Source: Candidatus Fermentibacteraceae bacterium
GTDB lineage: Bacteria; Fermentibacterota; Fermentibacteria; Fermentibacterales; JCC-6
Assembly: GCA_041686025.1 (NCBI GenBank)
Contig: JAWLEP010000047.1
Span: 1 to 18,196 of the forward strand
DNA length: 18,196 bases
Direction of reading: 5' to 3'
Shown: piece after piece, positions 15,307-18,196 of the stretch
How positions within the stretch are numbered: the stretch's first letter is position 1
Layout of the letters: each line of letters starts with the position of its first letter
Notes under the pieces: generated by a model
The model's input: only the letters and a program-made list of their open reading frames with translations
What the model was told of the DNA's origin: nothing
The model's database searches: none
Translations under genes and position numbers: made by a program

Positions 15307-18196
15307 ATGAAGAAGTCTGCCCGGTGGCGCCTGTGGAGCTCGCTCGCACTGTTCGTGGTGGCGGCCCTGATGATCTGGCCGACCATCCGGTGGTACTCAC
15401 TGCCGGAGATAGAGCGGGACAGCGCTGAGGCCAGCGTACAGCCCGAGACGGACAACCCCTACTACCGCGGCCTGCTGGACAGCCTCAGGGCCGAGGGCGG
15501 CCAGGAGCTCATAGACCACTACAAGGACCTGCACCAGCTCAAGGAGGGCACCATAAAGCTGGGCCTGGACCTGCAGGGCGGCATGTACCTGGCCTACACC
15601 GTCCAGCCCGTGGAGGGCATGGACGAGGGCGAGTCCATCGACCTGGCGCTGGAGGTGATCCGCAACAGGATCAACGAGTTCGGCGTCTCCGAGCCATCCA
15701 TAACCAAGCAGGGAAGCGACCGGATAGTAGTCCAGCTCCCCGGCGTTCGCGACCCCGGCAGGGCCCGGGAGATCGTGGAGAAGCAGGCGCTGCTGGAGTT
15801 CAAGCTGGTGGTCTTCCCCAACGACGAGCAGTCCAGGCCGGGCGACGTGCGGGTGATACGGCAGATCGACTCGTTCCTGGCCGATGAGTCGGGCATAGAG
15901 ATCCCCGAGGAGCCAGAGCAGGCGGAGCCCGCGGAGATCACCGAGCCCGACGATGGGGGACCGACTGCTCCGGACACCGGCGGCAGCCTCCAGCTGCCGG
16001 AATCTCCCCCTGCCGACCAGGAGTTCGGTCTGGGCGACCTCGAGGGCGGCGGCGAGCCGACTCAGCCGGAGGTCCCGGAGACGCCCACCATCGAGATGCC
16101 GGAGGAGGGCGGAAGCCTCTCGGGCCTCATCGTGCAGCTGGGGGAGGCGGACGCCAGGGCCCTGGGCGTTAGCCCCGGGGACTGGGCCATACCCCAGGGC
16201 GAGCCGCTGGACGTGTTCAACGAGACAATCCGTCGCCCCGAGGTGGACTCCATGCTGGCCGAGCAGAACCTGGAGTTCTCCCTGAAGAAGGCGGGGCAGA
16301 CCTCCCGCGGGATGATGGTCCCGGTGTTCCTGGTCCCCAGGGACGTCACCAGGGGGACGGTGGACGACACCGATGACCGCCATCCGGACTACCATCTCAC
16401 CGGGGCCAGCCTGGAGGACGTCCGGGTGCAGACGGGCGGCGCCGGCGCAGTCACCAACGAGCCCTACCTGATACTGCAGTTCGACGGCCAGGGCGCGGAC
16501 AACTGGGAGCGGATCACCGGCGAGAACGTGCAGGAAAGGGTCGCCATCCTCCTCGACGGTACCGTCTACTCCGTGGCCACCATCCGCGAGAGGATCTCCG
16601 GCGCCGGCGGTACACGCCTCTCCGGCGGGTTCGACCTGCAGGAGGCCAGGGACCTGAGGCTGGTGCTCCGGGCCGGCTCCCTTCCCGCCGCCCTGGAGAT
16701 CGCAGAAGAGCAGACCATAGGCCCCAGCCTGGGACGCAGGTCCATAGATCAGGGCATGGTGGCCGCCCTGCTGGGCCTGGCCCTGGTAGCGGCGTTCATC
16801 ATCGTCTACTACGGCGTGGGGGGCGTGCTGGCGGTGCTGGCGCTGGTGTTCGACATGCTGCTGGTGCTGGCCGTGCTCTGCTTCCCCGGCCCGCTGAGCT
16901 CCATCGGGATGACGGGCCTCAACGCCACGCTCACACTTCCGGGAATAGCCGGTATCATCCTCACCATCGGCATGGCGGTGGACGCCAGCGTGCTGATCTA
17001 CGAGCGGATTCGCGAGGAGCGCGACCAGGGCAAGAGCATGAAGGCGGCGGTGGAGTCTGGATACGGCCGGGCCTTCGTCACCATACTGGACGCCAACCTC
17101 ACCACGCTGATCACGGCCATGGTGCTGTACAAGTTCGGCACCGGTCCCATCAGGGGATTCGCCGTGACGCTCTCCATCGGTATCCTGGCCAGCATGTTCT
17201 GTTCGCTGGTCTTCACCCGGGGCGTGTTCGACCTGATGCTGCGCAGGCGGGGCAACAAGCCCATCAACCTGGGCAAGCTCCACTTCCTCAACAAGGCCGC
17301 ATTCAACATCACCAGGGTCCGCAAGAAGACCTACATCCTCTCCGCGGCGGTGATACTGATAGGCGTCATAGCCTTCTTCGCCCACGGGGGCCTCAGCCTG
17401 GACATCGACTTCACCGGCGGCCTGGAGACCACGGTGGTCACCGATGAGGCGGTGGCGACCGAGGACGTCTCCTCCGCCCTGGAGGAGCGGGGGCTGCAGA
17501 ATGTGCAGGTGCAGAGCCTGGTGGACTACGCCGGCGACGGCGGAGCCTACGTGGTGCGCACATCCACCAGCGACAAGGAGACGGTGAACTCCGCCCTGGA
17601 GGCCTCCGGCTACCGGATGATGGAGGGCGAGGAGGAGGGACTGTCCTTCATCAAGCAGATCGGGCCCAAGGTGGGCTCGGAGCTCCGGACCAAGGCCATC
17701 AACGCCATCATCGCGGCCATGGTCTTCATCGTGCTCTACATCTGGTACCGGTTCCAGTTCAAGTGGGGAATCGCGGCGGTGGCGGCCCTGACCCACGACA
17801 TCATCATAACCATCGGTCTGCTGGCCCTGCTGCAGCTGGACGTGTCGCTGACCATAATCGCGGCGCTGCTGACCATCGTGGGGTACTCCATCAACGACAC
17901 CATCGTGGTCTTCGACCGCATCCGCGAGGACAGGAAGCTGCGCAGGGGCAAAACCTTCGAGGAGACCGTCAACTACAGCATCAACGAGACCCTGAGCCGG
18001 ACCGTGATAACATCGCTGACCACCTTCATGGCCGTGCTGATGCTCTACATCTTCGGAGGCTCCACACTGGCCGACTTCTCGCTGACCCTGCTGATGGGCA
18101 TCATCATCGGAACCTACTCCTCCATATTCGTGGCCAGCCCCATACTGGTGGACTGGACCAGGAAGGTGCACAAGGCCACCAAGCGGGTCAGAAGGG
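15307..18196 (+). CDS. secDF: Protein translocase subunit SecDF (fused SecD-SecF), 3' end truncated by the window
   Basis: Hand translation from ATG 15307 (GGAGGT RBS): KLGLDLQGG, IRNRINEFGVSEP, RIVVQLPG, LRAGSLPA, IGPSLG, LTLPGIAGIILTIGMAVD, ERIREE, then SecF motifs IDFTGG, HD, GYSINDTIVVFDRIRE, ETLSRT, GTYSSIFVA. No stop seen before the window end. Confidence 0.95.
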   Translation, partial: MKKSARWRLWSSLALFVVAALMIWPTIRWYSLPEIERDSAEASVQPETDNPYYRGLLDSLRAEGGQELIDHYKDLHQLKEGTIKLGLDLQGGMYLAYTVQPVEGMDEGESIDLALEVIRNRINEFGVSEPSITKQGSDRIVVQLPGVRDPGRAREIVEKQALLEFKLVVFPNDEQSRPGDVRVIRQIDSFLADESGIEIPEEPEQAEPAEITEPDDGGPTAPDTGGSLQLPESPPADQEFGLGDLEGGGEPTQPEVPETPTIEMPEEGGSLSGLIVQLGEADARALGVSPGDWAIPQGEPLDVFNETIRRPEVDSMLAEQNLEFSLKKAGQTSRGMMVPVFLVPRDVTRGTVDDTDDRHPDYHLTGASLEDVRVQTGGAGAVTNEPYLILQFDGQGADNWERITGENVQERVAILLDGTVYSVATIRERISGAGGTRLSGGFDLQEARDLRLVLRAGSLPAALEIAEEQTIGPSLGRRSIDQGMVAALLGLALVAAFIIVYYGVGGVLAVLALVFDMLLVLAVLCFPGPLSSIGMTGLNATLTLPGIAGIILTIGMAVDASVLIYERIREERDQGKSMKAAVESGYGRAFVTILDANLTTLITAMVLYKFGTGPIRGFAVTLSIGILASMFCSLVFTRGVFDLMLRRRGNKPINLGKLHFLNKAAFNITRVRKKTYILSAAVILIGVIAFFAHGGLSLDIDFTGGLETTVVTDEAVATEDVSSALEERGLQNVQVQSLVDYAGDGGAYVVRTSTSDKETVNSALEASGYRMMEGEEEGLSFIKQIGPKVGSELRTKAINAIIAAMVFIVLYIWYRFQFKWGIAAVAALTHDIIITIGLLALLQLDVSLTIIAALLTIVGYSINDTIVVFDRIREDRKLRRGKTFEETVNYSINETLSRTVITSLTTFMAVLMLYIFGGSTLADFSLTLLMGIIIGTYSSIFVASPILVDWTRKVHKATKRVRR

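Noticed and set aside
15397..18171. 924-aa ORF on the - strand
   Set aside because: Antisense shadow of secDF caused by high GC3 codon bias. It has no recognisable motifs, while the + strand carries all SecD/SecF motifs.

Overview
GC-rich bacterial chromosome segment. A C25 peptidase with a T9SS/FlgD-type C-terminal domain and several beta-barrel-like proteins suggest an FCB-group diderm, possibly Ca. Fermentibacterota (inference). The most notable feature is a ~2.7 kb unit (98-2800) bounded by a perfect 28-bp inverted repeat. It holds a RAYT-like HUH/Y1 tyrosine transposase with a C-terminal HTH and a divergently transcribed DUF1846 (UPF0371) P-loop gene, and looks like a TIR-bounded HUH transposon carrying cargo. 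The rest is: a gingipain-like C25 peptidase, an outer-membrane beta-barrel, an inositol monophosphatase, a CASTOR/POLLUX-like ion channel with two coupled membrane-protein genes, an rrf2-nifU-nifS Fe-S assembly operon, a convergent NifB/NifX-ferredoxin fusion plus SAM methyltransferase, a second beta-barrel, a small membrane protein, and a fused secDF gene running off the right edge (missing from the ORF track). All calls are from motif recognition by eye; no searches were run.
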